The notes under the pieces were generated by a model. The model saw only the letters and a program-made list of their open reading frames with translations, searched no databases and was not told where the DNA came from. DNA of 64,000 bases, taken from the NCBI GenBank assembly GCA_028825025.1, contig JAPKAX010000001.1, forward strand, positions 2,426 through 66,425, written 5' to 3'. The position numbers and the translations under genes are program-made. This document shows, piece by piece, positions 10,623 to 19,553 of this stretch. The stretch comes from Rhodospirillales bacterium. Its GTDB lineage: Bacteria; Pseudomonadota; Alphaproteobacteria; Rhodospirillales; Casp-alpha2. Each line of letters opens with the position of its first letter. Positions within the stretch are counted from its first letter, which is position 1.

Positions 10623-12419
10623 ATGAGTAAGCCAACACACACATTACGTTCGCAACAATGGTACAACAATCCAGACAATCCAGGCATGACCGCTCTATAT
10701 TTAGAGCGTCAATTGAACTACGGCCTAACATTAGAAGAGCTACAATCCGGCAAACCGATGATTGGTATTGCTCAAACCGGGTCTGATTTATCCCCTTGCA
10801 ACCGTCATCACATTGAACTTGCAAAACGTACCCGCGAAGGCATTAACGCAGCGGGCGGCATTTGTTTTGAGTTCCCAACCCACCCCATTCAAGAAACCGG
10901 CAAACGCCCAACCGCCAACTTAGACCGTAATTTGATGTATTTAGGCTTGGTCGAACTTTTATATGGTTTCCCTATCGACGGCGTTGTTTTAACCACCGGT
11001 TGCGACAAAACCACACCTGCTTTGTTGATGGCCGCCGCTACTGTTGATATTCCAGCCATCGCCTTATCCGTTGGCCCCATGCTGAATGGTTGGCACAATG
11101 GCGAGCGCACAGGCTCTGGCACCATCGTGTGGAAAGCCCGTGAAATGTTAGCGGCTGGTGAAATCGATTATGAAGGTTTTGTTGAGCTCGTTTCTTCGTC
11201 CGCTCCGTCTGTTGGGTATTGCAACACCATGGGCACAGCAACAACTATGAACTCATTAACAGAAGCTTTGGGCATGTCGTTACCGGGTTGTGCTGCAATT
11301 CCAGCGCCATACCGCGAACGTGGTCAGATTTCCTACGAAACCGGAAAGCGTATCGTCGAGATGGTCATCGAAGACCAAAAACCGTCCGACATCTTAACCC
11401 GTGAAGCATTCGAGAACGCGATTGTTATCAACTCAGCCATTGGCGGTTCCACCAACGCGCCGATCCACTTAAACGCCATCGCGCGTCACATTGGTGTAGA
11501 ACTGGACGTATCCGACTGGCAAGACGTTGGCCACGACACCTCACTGATCGTTAACCTACAGCCTGCTGGTGATTACTTAGGCGAAGATTTCCACCGCGCC
11601 GGTGGCATCCCTGCTGTTACTGGTGAATTGATCAAAGCTGGTAAATTACCACATCCAAACGCCATGACAACGAACGGAAAAACCATTGGCGAGAACTGTG
11701 GCAATAAGCTGAGCGTCAACCAAGACGTGATTTATCCCTACGACAAACCAATGCTTAAGAACGCAGGCTTCATTGAATTGAAGGGTAACCTGTTCAATTC
11801 AGCGATCATGAAAGCCAGTGTGATTTCAGCTGATTTCCGAAAAACATATCTGTCTAACCCCGATGACCTAAACGCATTCGAAGGCCGCGCCATCGTTTTT
11901 GACGGACCGGAAGATTACCACCATCGGATCGATGATCCAGATTTGAACATCGACGTCAATTGCATGTTGTTTGTGCGCGGTGCAGGCCCGATTGCCTATC
12001 CGGGTGGAGCTGAAGTTGTCAACATGCAGCCACCAACCGCCATGATTAAAGCCGGCATCACGTCCCTACCCTGCATTGGTGACGGACGCCAATCCGGTAC
12101 CAGTGGATCACCTTCAATCTTAAACGCGGCTCCAGAAGCAGCAGCCGGTGGCGGATTAGCGATCATTAAAACTAATGACATGGTCCGCATTGATTTGAAT
12201 GAAGGCTCTGCCGACATAATGATTACCGATGAAGAAGTCGCAGAACGCTTCAAGCAGTTAGAAGCCGATGGCGGATATCCGATCCCTGAAAACCAAACCC
12301 CTTGGCAGGAAATTTTCCGCGATCGGGTCGAGCAGTTTGACCAAGGCATGATTATGCGGGGAGCCGACAAGTACCAAAAGATTCACGTAACCAAAGGCAT
12401 CCCGCGCGATAACCACTAG
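10623..12419 (+). CDS. IlvD/Edd family dehydratase (sugar-acid dehydratase type, e.g. pentonate dehydratase)
   Basis: 598 aa. N-terminus [22 protein letters not shown].., cluster-ligand region SPCNRH and [10 protein letters not shown], and C-terminal ITDGR-like [10 protein letters not shown]. The N-terminal extension resembles arabinonate/xylonate dehydratases more than canonical IlvD. Substrate not assignable. Confidence 0.8.
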   Translation: MSKPTHTLRSQQWYNNPDNPGMTALYLERQLNYGLTLEELQSGKPMIGIAQTGSDLSPCNRHHIELAKRTREGINAAGGICFEFPTHPIQETGKRPTANLDRNLMYLGLVELLYGFPIDGVVLTTGCDKTTPALLMAAATVDIPAIALSVGPMLNGWHNGERTGSGTIVWKAREMLAAGEIDYEGFVELVSSSAPSVGYCNTMGTATTMNSLTEALGMSLPGCAAIPAPYRERGQISYETGKRIVEMVIEDQKPSDILTREAFENAIVINSAIGGSTNAPIHLNAIARHIGVELDVSDWQDVGHDTSLIVNLQPAGDYLGEDFHRAGGIPAVTGELIKAGKLPHPNAMTTNGKTIGENCGNKLSVNQDVIYPYDKPMLKNAGFIELKGNLFNSAIMKASVISADFRKTYLSNPDDLNAFEGRAIVFDGPEDYHHRIDDPDLNIDVNCMLFVRGAGPIAYPGGAEVVNMQPPTAMIKAGITSLPCIGDGRQSGTSGSPSILNAAPEAAAGGGLAIIKTNDMVRIDLNEGSADIMITDEEVAERFKQLEADGGYPIPENQTPWQEIFRDRVEQFDQGMIMRGADKYQKIHVTKGIPRDNH

Positions 12420-12521
12420 TGCTATTAGCCCCCGTTTTATTCCATATTCCTTATTCCCTAACTCCTTGTGGGGGAGGGTTAGGTTGGCTGGATTTACTAA
12501 AAAAACTCTCGGCGATACCAT

Positions 12522-13445
12522 ATGAACAACTACCTCGTTACCGCCCTCTATAAGTTTGTCGCCTTAGAGGACTTCGAAGCCCTGCAACCGCCCCTGTTGG
12601 CAAAGTGTCAGTCAGAAGGGGTTATGGGGACTTTGCTGCTTGCTCGTGAGGGCATCAACGGCACCATTGCCGGGCCAGAGAACCGCGTGCGCAATGTTCT
12701 AGCCTACATCCGCGAAGATCCCCGGATGGGCGATTTGGTTCACAAAGAAGCGTGGGCCGAAAAGCTTCCTTTCCTGCGTATGAAAGTCCGCTTGAAAAAA
12801 GAGATTGTGACCATGGGGATTGAAGATATCGACCCAGTCCATTTCGTCGGCACCTATGTCGAGCCGGAAGATTGGAACAAGCTGATCTCAGACCCCGACG
12901 TCATCGTCGTCGATACCCGCAACGATTATGAGGTTGAGATCGGAACCTTTAAAGGCGCCATTGACCCGCAAACCACGTCGTTCCGAGAATTCCCCGAATG
13001 GGCCAAAAACAGTGACTTGCTCGAAGGCAAAAAGAAAATCGCAATGTTTTGCACCGGCGGAATTAGGTGTGAAAAATCCACCGCTTATATGCGTCAATTG
13101 GGCGTTGAAGATGTGTTTCATTTAAAAGGTGGCATTTTAAAATATCTAGAAACAATGCCAAAAGATGAAAGCCTCTGGGAAGGCGAATGTTTTGTTTTTG
13201 ATGAGCGGGTATCGGTTGGCCATAGGCTGGAACAAGGCTCCTATGACATGTGCCACGGGTGCCGCCACGCCATAGACGACGACGACAAAAAATCAGTACA
13301 CTACGTCCCCGGCATCAGCTGCCCCAAATGCCACAACAAACTCTCCCAAAACCAAAAGGCCCGCTTTGCCGAACGCCAAAAACAAATCGATTTGGCAAAG
13401 GCACGCGGTGAAGTGCGCATTGGGCAGGCAGTTCATGAGAAGTAA
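12522..13445 (+). CDS. trhO: tRNA uridine(34) hydroxylase TrhO (rhodanese-domain YceA/UPF0176 family)
   Basis: 307 aa. YKF..L.D N-terminus, rhodanese core with [11 protein letters not shown], and a C-terminal Cys cluster CHGC..CPKC. Confidence 0.85.
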   Translation: MNNYLVTALYKFVALEDFEALQPPLLAKCQSEGVMGTLLLAREGINGTIAGPENRVRNVLAYIREDPRMGDLVHKEAWAEKLPFLRMKVRLKKEIVTMGIEDIDPVHFVGTYVEPEDWNKLISDPDVIVVDTRNDYEVEIGTFKGAIDPQTTSFREFPEWAKNSDLLEGKKKIAMFCTGGIRCEKSTAYMRQLGVEDVFHLKGGILKYLETMPKDESLWEGECFVFDERVSVGHRLEQGSYDMCHGCRHAIDDDDKKSVHYVPGISCPKCHNKLSQNQKARFAERQKQIDLAKARGEVRIGQAVHEK

Positions 13446-13478
13446 TTTTTTTATTATTGGATATAATTCCTATTAATA

Positions 13479-13486
13479 TTAAATTT
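13479..13486. repeat. Left copy of the 8-bp target-site duplication TTAAATTT
   Basis: Immediately abuts the left inverted repeat. An identical octamer abuts the right inverted repeat at 14204-14211. Confidence 0.8.
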
Positions 13487-14203
13487 GGGGCTGTACCAGA
13501 TAACACATAAAAAATGTTATCATGGGTATTGTGAGAAAGAGCTGTTTAAGCAGGCATAAACAGGGCCGACTTGTTGAGCATTTTGTTGCTGGAACGACAG
13601 CCAGATGTGCCGCTTCACTTGTTGGTGTAAACTTCAAAACCACCGCCTATTATTTCCATAGGTTACGCGCAATTATTGCCTATAACCTTGAGCAAGAAGC
13701 CGACATGGTTTTCAGTGGCGAGATCGAAGTTGATGCAAGTTATTTTGGCGGCAAGCGCAAAGGAAAGCGTGGTCGAGGTGCTGCAGGAAAAGTCCCGGTA
13801 TTTGAGCTCTTGAAGCGTGGAGAAAAGGTCTACACGAAGGTAATACCTAATGCTTCGTTAGCAACTTTATACCCCATCATTAAGCATAAAGTTGTGCCTG
13901 ACAGCATTGTCTATTCTGACTGCTGGCGGGGCTACAACGTACTGGATGTCTCGGCCTTCAAGCACTTCCGTATCAACCACTCAAAACTGTTTGCAGACAA
14001 AGCTAGTCATATCAACGGAATTGAAAACTTCTGGAATCAAGCCAAGCGTCATATGCGCAAATTTAATGGTGTTCCAAAGGAGCATTTTGGACTATTTTGA
14101 AGGACTGTGAGTGGCGTTTTAACAACAGTGACCCTTCAGCTTAATTAACGCAGTTAAGACAATGGGTTAAAGGTAATTTGAACTAGTTATCTGGTACAGC
14201 CCC
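13487..14203 (+). mobile_element. IS1595-family insertion sequence (small IS1016-like type), 717 bp
   Basis: Perfect 18-bp terminal inverted repeats: GGGGCTGTACCAGATAAC at 13487-13504 and its reverse complement at 14186-14203. Flanked by the 8-bp direct repeat TTAAATTT. Encodes an ISXO2-like DDE transposase. Confidence 0.85.
13522..14186 (+). pseudogene. IS1595-family transposase with a frameshift and a premature stop
   Basis: 192-aa ORF (..EIEVDASYFGGKRKGKRGRGAAGK.., SDCWRGY, INGIENFWNQAKRHMRKFNGV) stops at KEHFGLF*. The expected continuation LKDCEWRFNNSDPSA*LTQLRQWVKGNLN* is in the +2 frame. That is consistent with loss of one T in a T-run near 14092, and it carries an extra in-frame TAA near 14139. 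Confidence 0.8.
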
Positions 14204-14915
14204 TTAAATTTTCTCGAACGCATTCAGTAATAACCTGATTGCGCTCCACATTTATATATGTTTTGAAGAGAGATAACTGAGTATTAAATTGTGTAAAGAA
14301 CAGGTATCCATCAAAGCGCGCAATATGGCAGAGAGCTTCAGGTTCTAATTGTCCGTACAGTTGGTTAATTGCCTTATAAAAATTACACATTCGCATTTCA
14401 ATTTCTTTATCAGGAAATTGTTTATACTTGTCATCCCAGTGATGTTTCTCGCCCGTTGTTAGTGCAAAAGTTTTATCTGCAATATAAGTTCTTTCTCTTG
14501 AATTATTTCGAATATATGCGGCCTTCGCTTGTGCAATAGATTGTGCAACGCCGCTTGGCCTCTGGCTGTGCAGTAACCTCCCCCTTTTAAGCTTTCTCCG
14601 CGAGACTGACCTGAGACAAAGTGTCCACTCGTTTCTGTTCTTTGACAAAAGGTTTTATATGTTCGCCCAAAAAAATTCCTGTCACTGATATAAAGGTTTC
14701 TTTGGGTTGTTTTTCAGAAGCCCTTTGTATTCTTGTGCTATTACTTGTGCTTCTACGAGGCTAGATGCTTCAGGTCTTTTTGCCCAAATACCCCTCTCAC
14801 GTAAGGCATTGGCGAGCGGTACCGGTTCACCATTGTCCTGAACGCATCCTGTTAAAGTTTCTTGAAAACCGTCTTTTGTATCTTTAATTGTTATTTTTAT
14901 CAGACGAATATGCAC
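14187..14915 (-). pseudogene. ORFan reading frame interrupted by in-frame stops (unknown function)
   Basis: The 77-aa (14682-14915, GTG start) and 153-aa (14187-14648, TTG start) ORFs are in the same frame. They are separated only by in-frame TGA and TAA codons. The 3' end runs into the IS right end. No recognisable motif. The region is AT-rich. Confidence 0.3.
14204..14211. repeat. Right copy of the 8-bp target-site duplication TTAAATTT
   Basis: Identical to 13479-13486 and directly flanks the right inverted repeat. Confidence 0.8.
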
Positions 14916-14977
14916 GTCCTACAGCCTGTCCTGTGTATACAAAGGGGTAAAACTTTTTTAAAGCTGCCCATCCACTT

Positions 14978-15190
14978 TTAATATTCTTTTTTAGAATCGA
15001 TTTCAGGAATGCCTTCTTGTTGATCTAAAAAACCGGTTGTTAGCTCAAAAACTTGGTCGGTAATAACTGCTTCTTCTTCATCTTTTTGAGCAATGGCAGC
15101 TTTGGTTTGTGAAATGAGCTGTTGCAGCCGTGTCTCATCAAACAGATCACTCGCCCCAGCGGGGGACATTGCAAAAAAAAATATTAGCAA
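14978..15190 (-). CDS. Small hypothetical secreted protein
   Basis: 70-aa ORF with a hydrophobic N-terminus (upstream frame reads ..IRLLLLIFFFAMSPAGA/SDLF) followed by an acidic helix-like tail. Non-ATG start. No known motif. Confidence 0.25.
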   Translation of the reverse strand: MLIFFFAMSPAGASDLFDETRLQQLISQTKAAIAQKDEEEAVITDQVFELTTGFLDQQEGIPEIDSKKEY

Positions 15191-15226
15191 AAGTAATCGG
15201 ATCGTCAGAGCCTCATTAGCTGCGTG

Positions 15227-16147
15227 TTAGATCGCTCCACCCACGTACGGTTTCAGCGCTGCATAGACAGTCGTATGAATGGGCGTTGGGACGTCTTGTT
15301 GTTTGCCAAATCTGTGGATCGCGCCGGACAGCCATTCGAGCTCCAACTGTCGCCCAGCGATCAGGTCATTTGCTAAAGATGCCATGATCGGGGCGGAGGT
15401 ATCAAGCCACTCCAACGTGCGTTCACAAATATCATCAGGGAACGCGACGTCCATGGCGCGTCCCACCGCAATGGTCTCGGCCATAGCATCGCAATAGACG
15501 CCGCGCATAATCGGGTCGGCGCGGACGACGCTGGTATCGGTTCGGCTGAGCGCGGTTATACATGCGTTTGATGTCATTAATACGAACTTTGACCATAGCA
15601 TCGCCTGCATGTCTGAGCTGACCACGGTTTCAATCCCCGCTGCCTCAAGCGCCTCGGCAAAGGCTTTAACCCGTGGGCTAACAGTCCCGTCAACTTCACC
15701 AAATTCAATTTTGGTTTTCTGGTTGGTCCGCCTGACCACACCCGGCGCTATCAACGATCCCGCCACATAAGCAGCCCCGCCTAAGCTTCGGCCTTTACCC
15801 AAAACGCCATCAACAATAGCCACGCTTTCAACCCCGTTTTGCAACGTGATCACATAGGTGTCGTCGCCCATCATTGGTTTGCATAATTCAGCCGCACTTT
15901 GGGCGTCATACATTTTGACGCAAAACAAAATCGCATCGACCGGGCCAACGGTTGCCGGGTCATCCGTTGCATGGCCCTGGTCGATGGTAAATTCAGAGCC
16001 GCCGAAATCTTCAATCTTTAATCCTTTTTTACGCATCGCCTGCAAATGAGCGCCCCGCGCAATAAAGACCACCTCTTTGCCCGCCCGCGCCAAACACGCG
16101 CCATAGTATGCGCCAATGCCACCAGCACCCATAATTGCTATTCGCAT
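15227..16147 (-). CDS. 2-dehydropantoate 2-reductase family (PanE/ApbA) oxidoreductase
   Basis: 306 aa. N-terminal Rossmann motif MRIAIMGAGGIGAYYG and a C-terminal ApbA_C-type helical domain (..ASLANDL..GR..ELEWL.G). Confidence 0.8.
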   Translation of the reverse strand: MRIAIMGAGGIGAYYGACLARAGKEVVFIARGAHLQAMRKKGLKIEDFGGSEFTIDQGHATDDPATVGPVDAILFCVKMYDAQSAAELCKPMMGDDTYVITLQNGVESVAIVDGVLGKGRSLGGAAYVAGSLIAPGVVRRTNQKTKIEFGEVDGTVSPRVKAFAEALEAAGIETVVSSDMQAMLWSKFVLMTSNACITALSRTDTSVVRADPIMRGVYCDAMAETIAVGRAMDVAFPDDICERTLEWLDTSAPIMASLANDLIAGRQLELEWLSGAIHRFGKQQDVPTPIHTTVYAALKPYVGGAI

Positions 16148-16170
16148 CTAATTTCCTAACGGTATCTTGT

Positions 16171-16983
16171 TTATTTCAAACCCGGCTTAAACGGATCATC
16201 AACGGCTTCAAACGTCACAAAGTCGCCACCTTGTTTCAAATCACCAATCAGGTTTCCGGTATCCGATGTTTTGGTCGCCAAAATCTGTTCCGCAAAATCT
16301 TCGGATTTATCTTGTGGTTTATAACCCAACCGGGTTGCGTTGGAATTATCCCACCACGAGCGTGCGTTATCAGACATCCCGTAAACGATTTCATATTTGA
16401 TATCTGGATGATCCAAGCCAATGCAAACAAGTTGAGCCAAATCGCGCGGGCTCAGCCAAATGCTCATGCGGCGCACATCAATGGGTTCAGTGCCGACATT
16501 ACCAATCCGAATGCACATGCTCTCAACCCCATATTTATCGGCATACAAACTACTCAACGATTCGCCAAAAGCTTTGCTCAAACCGTAGCGGCTGTCGGGA
16601 CGGGGCGCTGTTGTGTGGTCGATGGTGTTGGTCCTCTCATGGAAACCAACGGCGTGGTTGGAACTTGCGAAAATAACCCGCTTTGCGCCTTCAAGCCGGG
16701 CCGCTTCATACAGATTATAGGTGCCAATGAAGTTGGCTGTGTGGATTGTATCCCAATCTGCTTCAACCGAATACCCGCCCAAATGAATAATCCCATCAAC
16801 CCCTGCAACGGCTTTTCGGGTGGCGTCCATGTCAGTCAAGTCAGCTTGAACAAATTCTTCATCTGGCCCACATTCAGCCAAGGGGCTGCGGTCTGATAAG
16901 CGCAATTTGTAGCGGCCTTTTAACTCTGCACGCATGAATGTGCCAACGCCGCCGCCTGCGCCTGTTAGAAGTATCGTTTTCAT
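16171..16983 (-). CDS. udh: Uronate dehydrogenase-like NAD-dependent epimerase/dehydratase family protein
   Basis: 270 aa. Contains LLTGAGGGVG, IIHLGG.SVE, NLYEAAR, FASSNH..G, PDS.YGLSKAFGE and SWWDNS..LGYKP.D. This is the block pattern I associate with Agrobacterium/Pseudomonas Udh. Confidence 0.75.
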   Translation of the reverse strand: MKTILLTGAGGGVGTFMRAELKGRYKLRLSDRSPLAECGPDEEFVQADLTDMDATRKAVAGVDGIIHLGGYSVEADWDTIHTANFIGTYNLYEAARLEGAKRVIFASSNHAVGFHERTNTIDHTTAPRPDSRYGLSKAFGESLSSLYADKYGVESMCIRIGNVGTEPIDVRRMSIWLSPRDLAQLVCIGLDHPDIKYEIVYGMSDNARSWWDNSNATRLGYKPQDKSEDFAEQILATKTSDTGNLIGDLKQGGDFVTFEAVDDPFKPGLK

Positions 16984-17014
16984 TTTTTATTTTTCCTTAA
17001 ATTTATTGTTTTAA

Positions 17015-17415
17015 AAATGCCATATCACCGAATGACGTGCATGATGTTTGGGGGTGTCCGTGATCGCCCTACCAGCCTTTAATCAATACCTTATCGCCGA
17101 TAATTTTATCTTTATAAGATTACATTTTTTTGCCGCGTTTGTGCTTGCGCAAATAAGCCTTACCAGTAAATAACCCCTTAGCAGATATGGCCATATCAAG
17201 CAATGCGCCACGGGTGGCCGACATATTAACATGCTCATCCTTAGCCGTTCCACTGACTATATACGGGGGGCCAGGACGACAACCATTGGATTTTAAATTC
17301 ACCTGAAAAAGTGCCAACAAAAGAGTTGGCTTCTTGAGTATAAGAGAGCTTTGATGATACTGAGGCTAATGAGTAAAGCAGTGACGAATAGGCTAATAAC
17401 AATAAGCGTTCTCAT
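17015..17415 (-). pseudogene. Decayed small secreted-protein gene (function unknown)
   Basis: ATG at 17415 gives signal-like MRTLIVISLFVTALLISLSII.. ending in a stop. The next frame holds the 66-aa ORF 17120-17320. That frame continues past its TAA as SYKDKIIGDKVLIKGW*GDHGHPQ... So there are at least one frameshift and two in-frame stops. Confidence 0.2.
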
Positions 17416-17550
17416 TCTGTATCTCTATTATCGATAAAATTATACGACAAACATTAGGTCACTCAGAATTAAAGGCGCAATACCTATTTCCTAAACCACA
17501 AAAACGCGTTAAGTTAAGCGCTCAGAAATACTCGATCAAGGGCAGAATAC

Positions 17551-18204
17551 GTGATCCAACAAACCCCACCCCTTCTTTATTCTTTCCGCCGTTGCCCCTA
17601 TGCCATGCGCGCCCGGTTGGCTTTGTACATGTGTGGACAAACCGTTGAATTTCGGGAATTGGTGTTGCGTAACAAACCTAAACACATGGTGGAAATCTCA
17701 CCAAAAGCTACAGTCCCAGTTTTACAATTGTCAGACGGCCAAGTGATTGATGAAAGCTTAGACGTGATGTTGTGGGCTTTAGCTGTGAATGATCCTGCGC
17801 TTTGGCTAGCCCCTCAATTGGGCACCAAAGACCAAATGATGACCCTGATACGGCGCTGTGAAAATGAATTTAAAACCCATTTAGACCGTTATAAATATGC
17901 CAATCGTTATGAGGATGCCGACCCCGCTCAGCATCGCAGCCAAGCGTTAAACTTTATCAACGAACTGAACGGGCGTTTGGCCGAAACGCCTTATTTATTT
18001 GGCACCCGCCCAGCTTTGGCTGATTATGCCATAGCCCCCTTCATCCGCCAATTCGCCAACACGGATAAGGAATGGTTCACGCAAACGCCGTATCCCGCGT
18101 TGCACACATGGCTCGATTGGTTTTTGAAATCAGACCCATTTACAGCAATCATGGAAAAACTCAAACCGTGGCAGCCAGAAGATGAGGTTATGTATCGATT
18201 TTAA
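17551..18204 (+). CDS. Glutathione S-transferase family protein
   Basis: 217 aa with a GTG start. Thioredoxin-like N-domain LYSFRRCPYAMRARLAL..VPVL and a helical C-domain. Confidence 0.8.
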   Translation: MIQQTPPLLYSFRRCPYAMRARLALYMCGQTVEFRELVLRNKPKHMVEISPKATVPVLQLSDGQVIDESLDVMLWALAVNDPALWLAPQLGTKDQMMTLIRRCENEFKTHLDRYKYANRYEDADPAQHRSQALNFINELNGRLAETPYLFGTRPALADYAIAPFIRQFANTDKEWFTQTPYPALHTWLDWFLKSDPFTAIMEKLKPWQPEDEVMYRF

Positions 18205-19090
18205 GGGGTATTGAAAAGCGCCGCAGAAAAATAAAGCGCTACGGTTGTCCCGACCCCAAATTCACTTTCTAAAACCAGCTTGCCACCATGAAGTTTGGTG
18301 AACACGTTGGCCAAATGAAGCCCCAGTCCAACGCCATCTTGTGTCACGTCAGATCCTTAACAGGCTTGAGCAAAGGATTTCAGCACATGTGCTATATCTT
18401 CTTCAGCAATACCGTTCCCTGTATCAGAAATGCAGAGGACACCCACCCTCTTCCAATTCAGCAGTCACTTTTATCACCCCGTTCGGTGCGTATTTAATGC
18501 TGTTGGATAACAGGTTCAGGAGTATTTGGTTTAGCTGGGCTTCATCAGCAGTCAACTTCGGGATCAAGGGGCTCACTTCAGTCGATATTGATGACCCCCC
18601 CCCCCGCCGCTTTGACCTGTTCTGCCACCATGAGGGCACAAACTAGGGCCATATCAGCAAGCTGAAACGAGATTGAGTTAAGCTCTAAATTACCCGTTTA
18701 AATACGCGAAATATCAAGGATATCGTTGATATAATCTTTATATTTATTAATCCCCAAGGGCCCAAAAATTGATCGCTCATTATTTCAGAAAAACCCATAA
18801 TTGCTTTGAGCGGTGTTCTCAGTTTGTTACTCATGTTGGAAAAAAAGTGGTCTTTGTCATATTTGCCTCTTCCACAGCCTCTTTCGATACGTGCAGTTCC
18901 TGTGTCCGTTCAGCAACACGCTTGCTCAAGTTGCAAGTTCTGATTTTTAAAAAGCTGCTGGCTCGTCTCAAACTCCAGCTCGACCTCTTTAAGTTCAGTG
19001 ATATCGGTTTTAATGGCAACATATTGAAATGGCTTTCCGGTTCCATCTGCGGGATCAATGGATCGCTGCAGCACATGCATTAAATCTCTC
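18201..19090 (-). pseudogene. PAS-histidine kinase, 5'-truncated and internally broken
   Basis: Stitched minus-strand pieces: PAS end DGTGKPFQYVAIKTDITELKEVE, HisKA FFPTMSNKLRTPLKAIMGFSEIM, DILDISRI*TGNLEL (in-frame TAA), N-box LNQILLNLLSNSIKYAPNG, G-boxes ISDTGNGIAEED..FAQAC*GSDVTQDGVGLGLHL (in-frame TAA). There are several frame changes. Confidence 0.75.
18595..18605. repeat. Homopolymer C11 (G11 on the coding strand of the kinase pseudogene)
   Basis: Eleven consecutive C at 18595-18605. The kinase reading frame changes within about 20 nt of this tract. Confidence 0.9.
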
Positions 19091-19505
19091 AGTTGGTGTT
19101 TCAGACAGAATGGACAACTCGTGGTTCAGCATGCCTAAAGATGTCGTTTTGAACTTTCTGCCAGCTCCGGGTGAAGATGCCCTAACCTGTGGCCCTGACC
19201 AGTTTTCAATGGCAAATGAATAAATGGATGTTGGAATGATGAAATCTACCGGGTATGTCGATGTTAAATTTGAGCACGTCGATATGCCGGTCATGGTTGG
19301 AAAAACAACCGAAGACGCCATGGGTTCCCAGTTGGCGATCGGTCCGGCTGGTGAGGTGTTCTGTAAAGTGAGACAAGAAGCCGAAGACAAACGCAGCCAG
19401 ATCGAATCCGCCTTAAGCGATGCCATCATCGCTCAGAAAGCCGAAGCTGACTGCATTGTTATGGTTTCATCATCATGGGTGATTTCAGTCACTAATCCGG
19501 GTTAG
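19090..19505 (+). pseudogene. C-terminal remnant of a class I SAM-dependent methyltransferase
   Basis: Reads ..DRMDNSWFSMPKDVVLNFLPAPGEDALTCGPDQFSMANE* then MDVGMMKSTGYVDVKFEHVDMPVMVGKTTEDAMGSQLAIGPAGE..SSSWVISVTNPG. This matches the tail of a methyltransferase family as I recall it. The SAM-binding N-terminal half is absent. Confidence 0.4.
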
Positions 19506-19553
19506 GTGTGAATTCATCCTTTAATTCTACTGTCCACCCCGTATGATCACACA

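Noticed and set aside
14085-14100. The frameshift in the IS transposase, considered as a programmed -1 ribosomal frameshift as in IS3 or IS1.
   Set aside because: IS1595-family transposases are, as far as I know, made from a single ORF. The site is a simple T-run consistent with a 1-nt loss, and the downstream frame carries an additional TAA. This is a lesion, not recoding.
14187-15190. Small adjacent ORFs next to an IS, examined as a toxin-antitoxin pair or mini defence cassette.
   Set aside because: No recognisable toxin, antitoxin, nuclease, ATPase or HTH motif is present. Two of the ORFs are one frame interrupted by stops. There is nothing to support a system call.
16135-16896. A 253-aa plus-strand ORF, one of the longest unexplained ORFs in the track.
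   Set aside because: It lies entirely antisense to the uronate-dehydrogenase-like gene, whose frame carries clear SDR/epimerase motifs. The plus-strand translation is compositionally odd and has no motif. It is a shadow ORF.
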